The notes under the pieces are model-generated. The model was not told the origin of the DNA. It did not search any database and worked only from the letters and a program-made list of their open reading frames with translations. Below, one piece after another: positions 28,201-40,200 of a DNA stretch of 64,000 nt (positions are counted from its first letter, which is position 1; the number at the start of each line of letters is the position of its first letter). Source of the DNA: Botryllus schlosseri (Eukaryota); NCBI GenBank assembly GCA_051294905.1, contig CM119380.1, positions 20,584,001-20,648,000 on the forward strand, given 5' to 3'. The position numbers and the translations under genes were made by a program.

Positions 28201-31200
28201 GGAATCAATGATCACTCAATCCGTATTTCAGACAGCTAGCAAATTGCAATGACGTAATCATGCCTCATACTTCGAAAAGGCAACTTGACTTGAAATGTGA
28301 CTTGACTCGTGACTTGACTTGACTTGACTCGACTTGACTCGAGCCACCTCCAAAAATCGAGTGACTTGACTTGACTCGAGTCACCTTTGAAAATCGATTG
28401 ACTTGACTTGACTCGAGTCAAAATGTGCAATGACTCGGAATGACTCGTGACTCGAAGGTAGTGACTTGATCCCAACACTGCTCTATGCTATTTTATCATT
28501 TGCGTCGTCCGAATTATTGGTGATTTGATCTCCGTAGAGCGCCGTGGTCGAGCTGAAAACCATCGAGCCGCAGTACGCTGAGACTCGTGACGGCTCGAAA
28601 ATGATTTTGGAAGATAAGGATTGCACGGCACCTTCTAAGGACGAACTCGGTCAGCAGCTCGAAACCGTTGAAAAGAAATGGGACCGGACCTTGAGCGTTT
28701 CCACGCTTTATTTCGATAAGTATGTTGAGATTGTTGAAAATGTTTAGTTTGTGAGTTTGTGTTATTCTCTTTCAAGTTAACTTGTATGCTTGTGTTGTCA
28801 ACAATGACAAAAAACTTTTGTTGAATTTCGCAGGTTGAAGGTGGTTTACTTGGTTTTGCAATCCACGAGAGCGGCAGAAGACGTACTGTCATATGTCGAA
28901 TCGAAAATCGAGGAGAACAAGGATATTCCAGACGATTCTGAAAGTTTGAAGAAACAGCAAGCCGTATTCCAGGTATTGCGGAAAATCTTTGGTGTCATGG
29001 TGCTAAATTGCACAGCAGTGCTATGTATCAATTTGAAACTCTATTGATTACACAATATTGTACCAACTGTGTCATATTAGCAATTGAATTAGGTTGTGAC
29101 ACTACTACGACCTGTAAAAACAGTCTATAAAATGAGAATTCTAGGCATATGCGTCTCCCAGCACTGTACTGCTGTAGTACGGTGATGCGATCATGATATT
29201 GCAAAGCTTGATATACTGCCTTTGTTTCATGTTTCTCTTGTAATACAGAATTACTGCGCTCAGACCAATGTAAGTATCGTACTGAGATAACGTGCGAACA
29301 CCATCATATCATTTCATAGGGTGTGACTATTTTAGTGATTGTGAATGGTGCTTATGGTTCTGTTATAAATAACCGGTGTCATGAATTTCACATTGCATTC
29401 GTCATCTATACTTTAGCCATAAACCATACCCCTTTTTTGTAATGAATTATTCAGATGTGACAATGTTATGATATAGTGATTGTTTTCTTCATATTATATC
29501 CTATGATCATTTCAAAGTGCTATGGATAATTGATAATGCTCATTATGATTGCCTGCATTATGCAATAAGCCGTCTTACATATTAGGTTGGATTTTGTCCT
29601 ATCTCAACCATAGAGTAAATGCAAGCCATTGACGTATAACCTCATTTATCCAACAGTTTTCTTTTCAAGTACAAAAGAGCCATGATTTGAAAAAATAAGT
29701 TTAATATATTCCTCAGATTTGTTATTATATCGACACAGCATTGATAGCAATCCTCCAGTCCAAAACTTGAGAAATATGTTTATGTGTCATATCTCATGCA
29801 TTAATACTAGTAGAATTTGAAAAGAAACATTCTAATAAAAGCTTAGATGTCTCTGCAACTGATAACATCGCTAATAAATATGAACAGCGATAGAAATCCG
29901 GGGGTATTCCAAGTTTATGGTTGTACTGATATGGTATGGCTATACAGATGCTCAAAATCCTGACACAGGTGTCACAGTACTCTTAAAAATCAATATTAGC
30001 ATGGATCTGTTTGAAACATGAACATATAACTCATCGAATGCCGCATCTAAACCCCGACTCCTCTCCGACAATTGGTGGCATGTTCACTAAAACCACCGTT
30101 TGCTGTCATAAAAATGATTTGCGTCAACTAGGGCCTGCGAGACACGCTGGAAGAAAAGGAACCCGTGGTCACCAGCTTGCAAAGGGACGCGGCACAAGCA
30201 AAAGAATTGGGTGCAAGGGTGGTTAAAGTGGCTGATACTCCAGAATCTCCGGTTACCGAAGATGTGGACGCTGCCAAATACACGGATGATGTCCAATCGA
30301 TCGTGGAAAGATGGCAGCTCAGCAAATCAGCTGTGGACGAGAGGTAAAGGCTGATTTTAGAGTTCGAATAGATAGAGTGAAAAAAGCCTCTTTAGGAAGT
30401 TGATTAATAAAAACTTAGGCCAGCAACTTCACAACTCCCAGAAAAGGCAAACAGCTCCCGGGCCCCAAACTATTGGTGCAGACATATTCATTGATATTCT
30501 ATTTGGAATTTTGTGTGATCTAAGTTTCTACATGATAGGGCCAATGGGGCAACATAACTGCACAATAAGAAAGAATTCAATAACCTCGGTACCATCTATG
30601 GTTGATCAAGTCAAATATTTAGTGTTTTAAATCAACTTACTGTCAGTCTTGTGTACGGTACCTGTTGTTAGTAAAGTCTAACATCTCAAAGTATATGTTG
30701 TATGCATCCGATCAAGTAAAATACTTGAACACTCGGCAATAAAAATGCTTTACAATGATAAGAAATGGATGAAAATGGATGAAACTCACAACTGTACAAT
30801 GTACATGTAGACAATTATATCACCATGCTTACTGTCCAAAAATATTTTCCAGACTCGCGAAATTCAATGAGCTGTTGCCCAGAGCGGAACAAAGTAAGTC
30901 ATAATTTTCTTTTTACAAGAATAACTCGATACTTACTGACTCCTTTTGCAGGCGAGGCCGAAGAACAACGGGCCCAATCACTTATCGACCGTCTCAAGAA
31001 GTTTCTGGAAACACTGGAGGGTATTGAGTCAAGCCAGCACGCTCAAATGGCCGTTTGGCTACGCAGGTCCGTCCCGGCTTTGGAGCAAGCCAAGGAGAGT
31101 CAGTCTGTGAGTGCTAATATAAGGTACGCTGTTCGATACGTTGAAGCTGACATTTTCTCTATTCAGGACGTCGTGAAACGCGTCAACAGTCTCAAGCCGG

Positions 31201-34200
31201 AGTATGACTCCCTACAATCCGTGGTTGTTAATTTTCTCAACGATGAAGCCACCGGTGCCGCGCCCAACTTGGGATCACTGCGCGACACATTGCATGAAGT
31301 GCAACAGAAATGGACTGATTTATGGCTTATCACGCACGTGTACCTCGAAAAGTATGCCCGAGATTACGGGTTGCCGAAACTTTCTCGGATTACAATTTAT
31401 TTATGCGTTTAGGATCACGGGATTGGTGTACACGCAAACCGCGCTTAACGAATGCGAGAAGACGGTGAACGAGTATGAAAAAATCATCGCGGACCGGTCG
31501 CATCCTACTTCGGATGTCGACACTTTGAGAATTCGAAATGAAGTGTTTCAGGTGGGACTGATTTTCACCCAGAATCTAATGGTTTTCTTTTGAAATTTGC
31601 AAATGTCAAATCAGTATCAGTAAGAAAAACATTTATCATTCACTGTTAATGTAGGGTTACCATAATTTGGAAATCTAAAAGAGCTTCTTGGAGGTACAGA
31701 ACTTCAATATACAATTAAATAGTATATTCATATTGAAATGAACCCGAATATTTTCGGCTGACACTCGTCAGGGGTAATCGTCAGCAACTAGTAGAGAATT
31801 GGAAAGAACATTGTATATCAACAATCGTATCACAAAATATGACGTCACCAGCATGAAATTTCGAATGAGAGAGCGTTCAATGTACTATTTTTAGGTGATA
31901 CACGAACTCCTTTTGTTGACAGAGTTTTGGTTGGTGTATTTTGATAAAAGTTGATTCCAAGGCACACAAATGGAATTGTGAACGGCCTCGACCTACGATT
32001 CGAAATCGGTCGTCTCGATAATTATTCGCACAAATCGATTTGTGCGAATAATTATCGAGACGACCGATTTCGAATCGTAGGTCGAGGCCGTTCACAATTC
32101 CATTTGTGTGCCTTGGAATCAACTTTTATCAAAATACACCAACCAAAACTCTGTCAACAAAAGGAGTTCGTGTATCACCTAAAAATAGTACATTGAACGC
32201 TCTCTCATTCGAAATTTCATGCTGGTGACGTCATATTTTGTGATACGATTGTTGATATACAATGTTCTTTCCAATTCTCTACTAGTTGCTGACGATTACC
32301 CCTGACGAGTGTCAGCCGAAAATATTCGGGTTCATTTCAATATGAATATACTATTTAATTGGAAATCTAAAAAGAGGACACTTTCTCAAAATTTTCAGAC
32401 TTGCGAAACCGGAGGAGAATTCTCAAAAATTGGTAAATTTTACCCCCTCAGTGGTCGGTTGACTAAAGAAAGTAAAAAAGTAAAAAATAGGTCAACTTTC
32501 TGCTCAGTGCTCCCGAAATACCCGCCAGAGCGTCACTTTGGTGCTGATATACGGCATCTCAGTCGGATTTTGCTATGTATATGACCAAAATTCTCAAAAG
32601 AGGACAAAATCTCAAAAAATCGGATATAAGGGCTTCCTCCGAGGACACTTTCAAAAAAGTCAAAAAAGAGGACAAATCCTCTTAAAAGAGGACGTATGGT
32701 AACCCTATGTTAATGCAAACACTGAGTACTCGTACAGATAGCGACTGTGTAATAATGCTTAGCAGCCCCTCAGTCGTTACAAAATCTGTACCAGATTCTC
32801 ATAGATGTGATTTATCCGTCTATCTAAATGTATAATTTAAAAAATTCCTGTCGACATATTACGGGTGTCATTGCATTATTCCTTTTAGGATTCATTGCTG
32901 TCTGGTTTATAATAATCTTGGATTTTATTGCGAACCATTGTAAAACCTGCAGTTATCCGTGTTGAAGCTTTTTGTGAATTTACTGACTTGGTGCACTTCA
33001 TACCGGATGCTACTATTCCTCAATAATCCCTGGGCAAACTGTTTCTCTCTTTAATTTGGTGACGTAAACTTTTTCGTTCCAACAGAGACTCGTCGGAGAC
33101 ATTCCTGTGCATGACGGGAATTTCGACTCGCTGGCCAAAAACTTGAATTCGACTTGCAACGTCGCCGGGCAACTTCCCAAGGAACTGGGCGAGAAATGCA
33201 ATTCGGATCTGGACGTGTACGCACAAGAGATTGAAGAATTGCAAAAGCGTTGGGACGACGTCAAGGCCAAACTGAACCAACTTGCCATAGATGTTGCCGC
33301 GCAACTGCCGTTGTTGGAAAAAGGTGATTACATTTACATTCATAGTTCTAAATTAACGGTGGAGCGTCAGGCTTCTGTGGCTGTGGGTTCAATCCCCGGG
33401 CGGTAAGATCGAAGACCAAATCAGTGAAACTGATATTACATTGCGCTCAGCATTTTCGGGTTAGCATCGAGGTGAGGTACAAGACTTAGAATGCCTTGTA
33501 AGGTTATTTCTGCACCTTCCTTGTTCACTGGCCACTGGAATGAATATGCACAAATCGTGTGTATGTGTATCATGAGTTCAAGTATATGCCGCAAAAACGC
33601 CAAAGGATAAAAATATAAAGCATTCTATTTCTTCTATTCTATCTTAACGGTCCTCAGACTTGAAAATCTAATTCACGATGAATTATTGACTCTAACCAGG
33701 GGTTCTTAGTCTATCATTGACCCCTAAATAAATGCAGCGTTTGCGTTGAATATTTCTGTCACCGTGAAATGGTGTGGCAATCAGCTACACACAACTTTGG
33801 AAATTCTGTTTCCACTACCAAATTAAGTAGCAATTGAGGTGAAGATGGTTCAAATGAGGTGGTTCATTGCTGAACACCGTTGAGCCGCACTATTCCAAAC
33901 ATGTAGGATATAAAGTCGACGCACATATCCAAATTCCATATTTGCGACAGTACCTTATACCTACTCCAATATTTTAGCGGCCGCCCAAGAAAAGGAATTA
34001 TCCGACCTACTGGCTAGAGTCAAAGCAATGCTGTCAGGGCTTGAATCGCTCGCGCAAGCGCAGAGTGCTCGTATGCAAGTCGGCTTACCAGCTGAGTCAA
34101 AGGGCTTGGAAAAATGCCTTGAACAACAAAAGGTATGTTGTAGATAAAAATTGCATTAGTCAAATGCTGTAGCCCTCATCAAATTGATTTTTTATTCAGG

Positions 34201-37200
34201 ACGTGCAAAATAAACTGGCCGGGCTCTCTTCTGAGTATTCTTCGCTGATGGATGACGTTAACAAGGCTTTAGCACAAGACGATTTAGTCGCACCCACTGC
34301 CGATGCGGTCAGAGACGAGTCGGAAAAATTGGCGCAAAAGTGGAACGAACTCAACGAATCCACCGCGTTGTTCTACGCCAAGTAATCTACCATTGTGAAC
34401 GGTTTTGGGCTTGATTTAATGTAATTTTCTCCAGGATCAAAGTTCTGCGCGACCTGTCTGAACTTATGTCTGACGCTGTTAGCGTCGTGAACCGATACGA
34501 ACAGACTTTGGACGCAAACGAACACTTCCCCGAGAACGATTTGATGGCGTTGAAAAAACAGCAGGCTGTGTTGAAGGTCGGTATTGGACATGACGGGATA
34601 GTTTCCACCGTTTTTGTGGTTTAATTACGCTCAATCCCATACGATAGCTTGCGACAGATGTCGTCAAATTAGTCATCGTTGGTAAAAGTTAAAAGTAGTA
34701 GCAGTGATTCGAAAAGCTTCTTGGAGGTACAAAACATTGAAATTATTACTTGAATAGTATTTTTTTAAAGAAATCTGTTCTGTGAAGAATTCCAGTCGTT
34801 ACCTTACACATGGTATGAATAATTATCATTTGTACAACGAAAGATACTTTCCTGCATTCTCGGGTAGAAAGTGTCTGTCCTTACTAAGTTGTTTGCCAGG
34901 AATGGAGAAAGTTCGTTCAACAGCAGCAGTTATTGGCTGGCAACACATAACTTGTGCGTACGCGGCTGGTGACACACCGTGTAGCTTCATTCTGACAATG
35001 TTGTCCACATCACAATTTTTCATCATACGCTTCTTGATTTAAGAATCAAGTTCGGATATTGCGGTACGTTTAGCATAACACCATGTCAACCTATTTGTTT
35101 CATTTGACCGTTTATGATTCACAATGAAGCAGACAATGGGCCGTCTACAACGGTAGGCCTATAAAGTAGGCTACAAGCGGTAAAATGTCAAATGATAAGT
35201 TCAACGACAGTGCAAACATCTACGGTACAAACGAATGCAGGTTGCAAAAAATTTTGAAATTGTCAACAAATTTTTGACCTAAAGTTACAATTTAGACAAA
35301 AATTTTACTAATTTTGACATGTCAAAAAAAATCGCCCTACTGTACACCGATGCTTGCAGATGCCCAAAACTTAACTAAGTTTTCGACACGTCTAAAACTA
35401 TAGCTTTCCCGATGCGTCTTTCTGGAATTGTGGCTAATGCGAAAATAATCGCTTTTCACCCAGGCCTTAGCTGATGACATCCCAGCCAACGACAAAAAGT
35501 TTGAAGACGTTTCGGAAACGCTAGAGATCGCCGATGCGACTGCTAAGAGATTGTCCGAACAATCCGGCGTGCCAGAGCAAGACGTTCCTCAGAGAGATAA
35601 CGAATGCAAAGACGCCGACAAGCGTTGGGACGACGTGAAAAAGAGGCTTGGCAAGAGGCTTGATGATCTGGCGGAAAGAATTCCGGTCGTGGAGAAAAGT
35701 AAGTGGCAGCCATAAAAGTTATTTCATACGTGACCAAAGTACTCGGCTTTGCTACTCAATTGAAAGTAGAAGTAACGCCATGAATTTTTATGCAGTTATA
35801 AGCAGATGAAGCAATTTCCGACACTTGTTTAGACTACTTTTCAAGTCAAAGTAGACATTGGAAAGTACTCAAGTAATTAGTTTTACAAGGTCGAGGGTTC
35901 GCATACCTTGTCAGTTCATCGGAAGTGGCAACTTTTGAAATTGCAAGTGGCGTGATGGTGCGTCGCGCAAGATGGCTAGACAGTACAAATAGGTGCAAAT
36001 GCATTCGGCGGTTATTGTGATGGCCATTTACCACATCTTTTATGACGCTTTCACACATGAAAATGATGCATGCGAGTTACGTTCTACTTTTCACAATCTT
36101 AAACTGTATGAAGTATGTAATTTTTCTAGAACCCCGTTCCATTTTTTCTAGTCCGGTGATAATTTACCGTTAATTTTGTGTTCTCTTCTTTATCATTGTC
36201 TCCCATCACTTCAGTGGCTTCCGAAGAGCAAACCGCAGCCACCTTGCTGCCGGCCGTCGAAGATATGATCCACGAATTGGAATGTTTGGAAAGCGCACAA
36301 GCTGTGCGTGCTGATGTGTCGCTACCGACCGAAGCCAACGCCGTGTCGCGTGTACTCCAACAACAGCAGGTAACGTGTTTTGATCGGCTACAGTCTTTGT
36401 CGGTTTTGGAGGGGGAGTGCTTCCAAGGCTCTACATGGTACTTGGTTTGAGTTAACTGAAACAGCCAAAGGTAGGTGAAGTACTCAGCGTTGATACTCAA
36501 GTAGAAGTAATACCATAAATATCTACTCAAGTTTAATTAGACGTAGTCGTACATAAGACCTATCAAAACTAGTGGTGAAAGTTAAAAAATGAAGGTCTGT
36601 GAAGTATTAAGTCAGTATGTTCAAAACAGTAGATTTGGCCGAGGAGTCACATGCTTATAACAGTCAATCGGGGTTGACTTTTTCCAATACCGCATAGTGC
36701 ATCTTAGCGACTAACGCAAACTGACTGACTAATGACGCTACAAATAAGTGCAATTTTCGAAAATATACCAAGTTATCGTGATACAGGGGCGATTTCGCCT
36801 CTCTATTATGACAGTTTCACCCTTAAAACTGATGCAAGCATTCTCAAACTACCTTTTACATTAAAAAAAAAAACTGTAAAAAGAAAGGAGTTTTGCATCA
36901 AAAACTGGTATCTAGAAGTACTTCATTACTGAAACTGACCACCTCTGGAAATAGCTCCTCTGTTTAAATCTAGAGCTTCCAACTTTATCGAACGACATTG
37001 GCTGATTACTATTTTAAAACTTTCAGGAGACCAAAGATCGCTTCCAAGACGACGTGACACCTCGCTACGGGGTGATTTTATCGCAATGTCGGCCCGTGGT
37101 GGAATCGGATGATTCCACGGCGCCGTCCATGGCAAAACTGGCGGCCGCCGTTGATAAAATGGAAGACAAATACGACTCGGTGGACAAGATGATCGACAAC

Positions 37201-40200
37201 TATTTGAAGAAGTAGGCTTGCGGCTGTCTTCCTTGGATGAAACAGTGTGCTCACTCTTGCCATGGTTGCTTACCGTTTAGAGTCAAGCGTGTGCGAGAAT
37301 TGTTGGATCTACTCAGCAAGGTGAAGCCTGTGTTGAAGAAATACGAGAACGAAGTAGCCAAAGCGAAAGTCGATGAAGACACGCCTTTGGCGAAATTGAA
37401 GGAGTCGCATCAAACCCTGACGGTTGGTTGAGTCTGGTAGTTTGAGACAAATATTTTCAGTCCTGAAATCATATACCTCTTTCATCCATCACCAATGAGA
37501 ATTATAGTTTTATCAATGTTTTTCTAACTGTGGTGGCCTTGTAACCTCGATGAGTCGTAACACAGCATTCAAAACATGGCACAAAGTTACATTCAGTAAG
37601 TGGAAATGATATTTCTGCGAAGTCTTGATCAACCTGCAGCATTGGCAGCCCTTGTTATGAGCTATTGAGCAACTGTGATGAAATGAATGTTGTGAAAGAC
37701 ATGCGCTATCATAAATCAAATAGCACATCCACAACCACAGCCCTATACACCACAATGTATTGATGATGTAACTGACTTGTCTTGTTTTCCGTGATATTTT
37801 GCCACAATGCGCTTCTTGGTAAAGGCTTTTAATGTTGGTAATTATCCAAATTTACCACATGTTTAGCAATTATTACTAATTTCAAATGACGCTGTAGGCG
37901 GATCAAAATTTCAAGACGTGAGTGATAAGATGTCTCATACCAAATAATGAAGCAAATATAATTGTTATGAAAATTCAGGTTTTTCAAAATTTCCTTTCGT
38001 TTCAGGCCTTGAAGGCAGGCGTCCCTGCGGAGGACCCGAAATTCGACGCTGTCACGCAAGCTTTGAAGGCGGCCTTAAATGAAGTGGAAATGCCTGACCA
38101 AGACATGGAGTATTGCAAACAGGACGCGGAAGATGTCACCGACAGATGGGAAAAAGTCAAAGCCGAGCTAGATAGCAGTCTGAGAGAGGTCGAAGATCTC
38201 ATCCCCAACGCAGAGAAAGGTCTGTGTCGCTGTTTGACTCTGAGGGTCTATTTTACGAATGCCTGTTCGATATCTCTTATTTCAGCTGCTGCTACAGAGG
38301 CTGAGTGCCGCACCCTGTTGCCTTCTCTCAAAGAGTTGATCTCGGAATTGGATGCGCTTGAGCACGCGACTCGGGCTAGAATTGGCATGTCGATGCCTGC
38401 CGACGCGGCCAGTGTGGATAAGGCGATTGCTCAACAAAAGGTGACCTGCATTCAATCGCTAGTGAAAATCTTGATGGCATGCACATTGCACAAATTATCG
38501 CATATATTCACATTTCATATTCAAATTTTAGCATAATAGAGCTTGGGAGCTGAACCCGATACCGATATTGTCGATATATCCTATTTTTGATGTGACACTC
38601 TTCCAGAACTTCTAATTAGCGGCAGTAACAAGAGAATATATCCCATATAAACTCCATTAAATTATAATTGCATTCAAGCTGAGTAAAAAACTAGTACTTC
38701 CAGTGGTAAATGTATGCTTGTACTTCAAAGAACACAAATTTTCAGCATGTTTCGCTGAAGTCCTTATAAATCAATGATCTGACGCCACTTAAGGCCCGTT
38801 CATTAGAAACAATTGTGGCAGTGATGACGTCATTACACACGTTAAGTAGTATCGTCCGGAGTTGGCCGGTATCAATATTTCTACGCTGAGATATACTTGG
38901 GAGTTTAAAAACATCATGTTTCGATGCACCGTTGCCTGGAAAATTCCAGACCTAAAATCTTTGAAATGACGCTCCACGCCTAATGTAGAGCAATCTCTAC
39001 TAACACCCTGTTTTTGAAATTTCACAATACTCCAGTATTCCTATCCGCAAGATTCTTAACATAGCCACGGCGATACGAAAATATTGAACCCTATTCAGGA
39101 CACCGCCAAGAAGCTGGATGCCCGCGAGCCCACTTACAAGGAACTGCAGGAGCGTGTTCAAGACGTCTTGAAGTCTGTCACAGAGGACACGCCCTTGACA
39201 GAGCAACTGCGTAAAGACCAAGACACCGCCGATAAGAAGTGGAAGACCGTATCCGACCTCTGCAAGCTCTACCTAGAAAAGTATGTAGCTTGTGGTGCTC
39301 ACTTGAAATGTAGCTCCAAATTACAACCTGTTTAAAAATCGCAGACTTGACGCCCTTCGCGATGCTGCGGAAACAGCAAAGACAGCTGGCGATACAGTTA
39401 GAGCCTACGAAAGTCAACTGGTTACTCTGGACACCATGTCGGGTGATGTGCCGGGTCTCAAAGAACAGGTTGATATGTTGAAGGTAAGTGTTCGTAATCT
39501 ACTTTGTATGCATTGTATCTACATCTGTTGACGAATTTACGTAGAAACTGGATGAGGAAATACCGCGTCACGAGCCTGAGTTTGAAAAACTCTCGGACGC
39601 CGTGGATAGAGTCAAAGACCGCGGTGATAGTTTGAGTAAGGAAAGCGGCATGGAGGACTTAGAGACGCCCCAATGCGAAGAGAACGCGAGCGATCTCAAA
39701 AACAGATGGAACGAAGCGAAAGATCAAGTCAAGAAAAGGTGGGTCGGTTCTCGAGTATAACTTGTTCCACGGCTTACAAGCTCCGTGCGCCGTATAGATT
39801 GGATTACGCCAGCGATGGTCTTGACAAATTGAATGAATACGAAGAAGTGGCCGGCAGACAGAACGATGTTATCGACGGCGCCGAAAAGAAACTGGCTGAC
39901 GAAGACATGAGTAAAGTCAAGACCGATTCGGACGATATCAAAAAGCAGATTGAAGATCACGAGGTATTCCGTTTTTGAGCGCTGGCCGTTAGAGTTAAGC
40001 CGTGTAACGTGTTTTTGACCGCTTGCACTTATACCTGAAGAGTTTTTGCTGTTCACGAATCGGATTTTGAAACGTAGAAAGCTGTTTTAGCGTAAGTTTC
40101 CCACACTTTTATGTTGTAAAACCGCGCGAAGTAGTCCCTGGAATATACATATTTGAATTTTGCACGTAGTTTAGTGTTGGTGGTCGTTTTGCGTTAGTTC

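Larger units (their letters stand above)
31681..32361. mobile_element. 5'-truncated Penelope-like retroelement as a perfect inverted duplication (palindrome 31712-32361, centre 32036/32037)
   Basis: Identical ORFs on both strands (31877-32122 minus, 31951-32196 plus); each arm encodes [42 protein letters not shown], resembling the C-terminus of a Penelope GIY-YIG endonuclease; flanking duplication ttggaaatctaaaa. Confidence 0.8.
31652..32707. mobile_element. hAT-like MITE interrupted by a Penelope-derived palindrome
   Basis: TIRs tagggttaccata / tatggtaacccta; 8-bp TSD TGTTAATG at 31644-31651 and 32708-32715. Confidence 0.85.

Noticed and set aside
27505-28480. CRISPR-like or satellite array of GACTT repeats
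   Set aside because: There are no spacers; the repeats are subterminal motifs of a TIR/TSD-bounded MITE in a eukaryotic intron.
31877-32196. Two identical 81-aa genes on opposite strands
   Set aside because: They are a consequence of the palindrome; only the part 3' of the centre is a real (Penelope) peptide.
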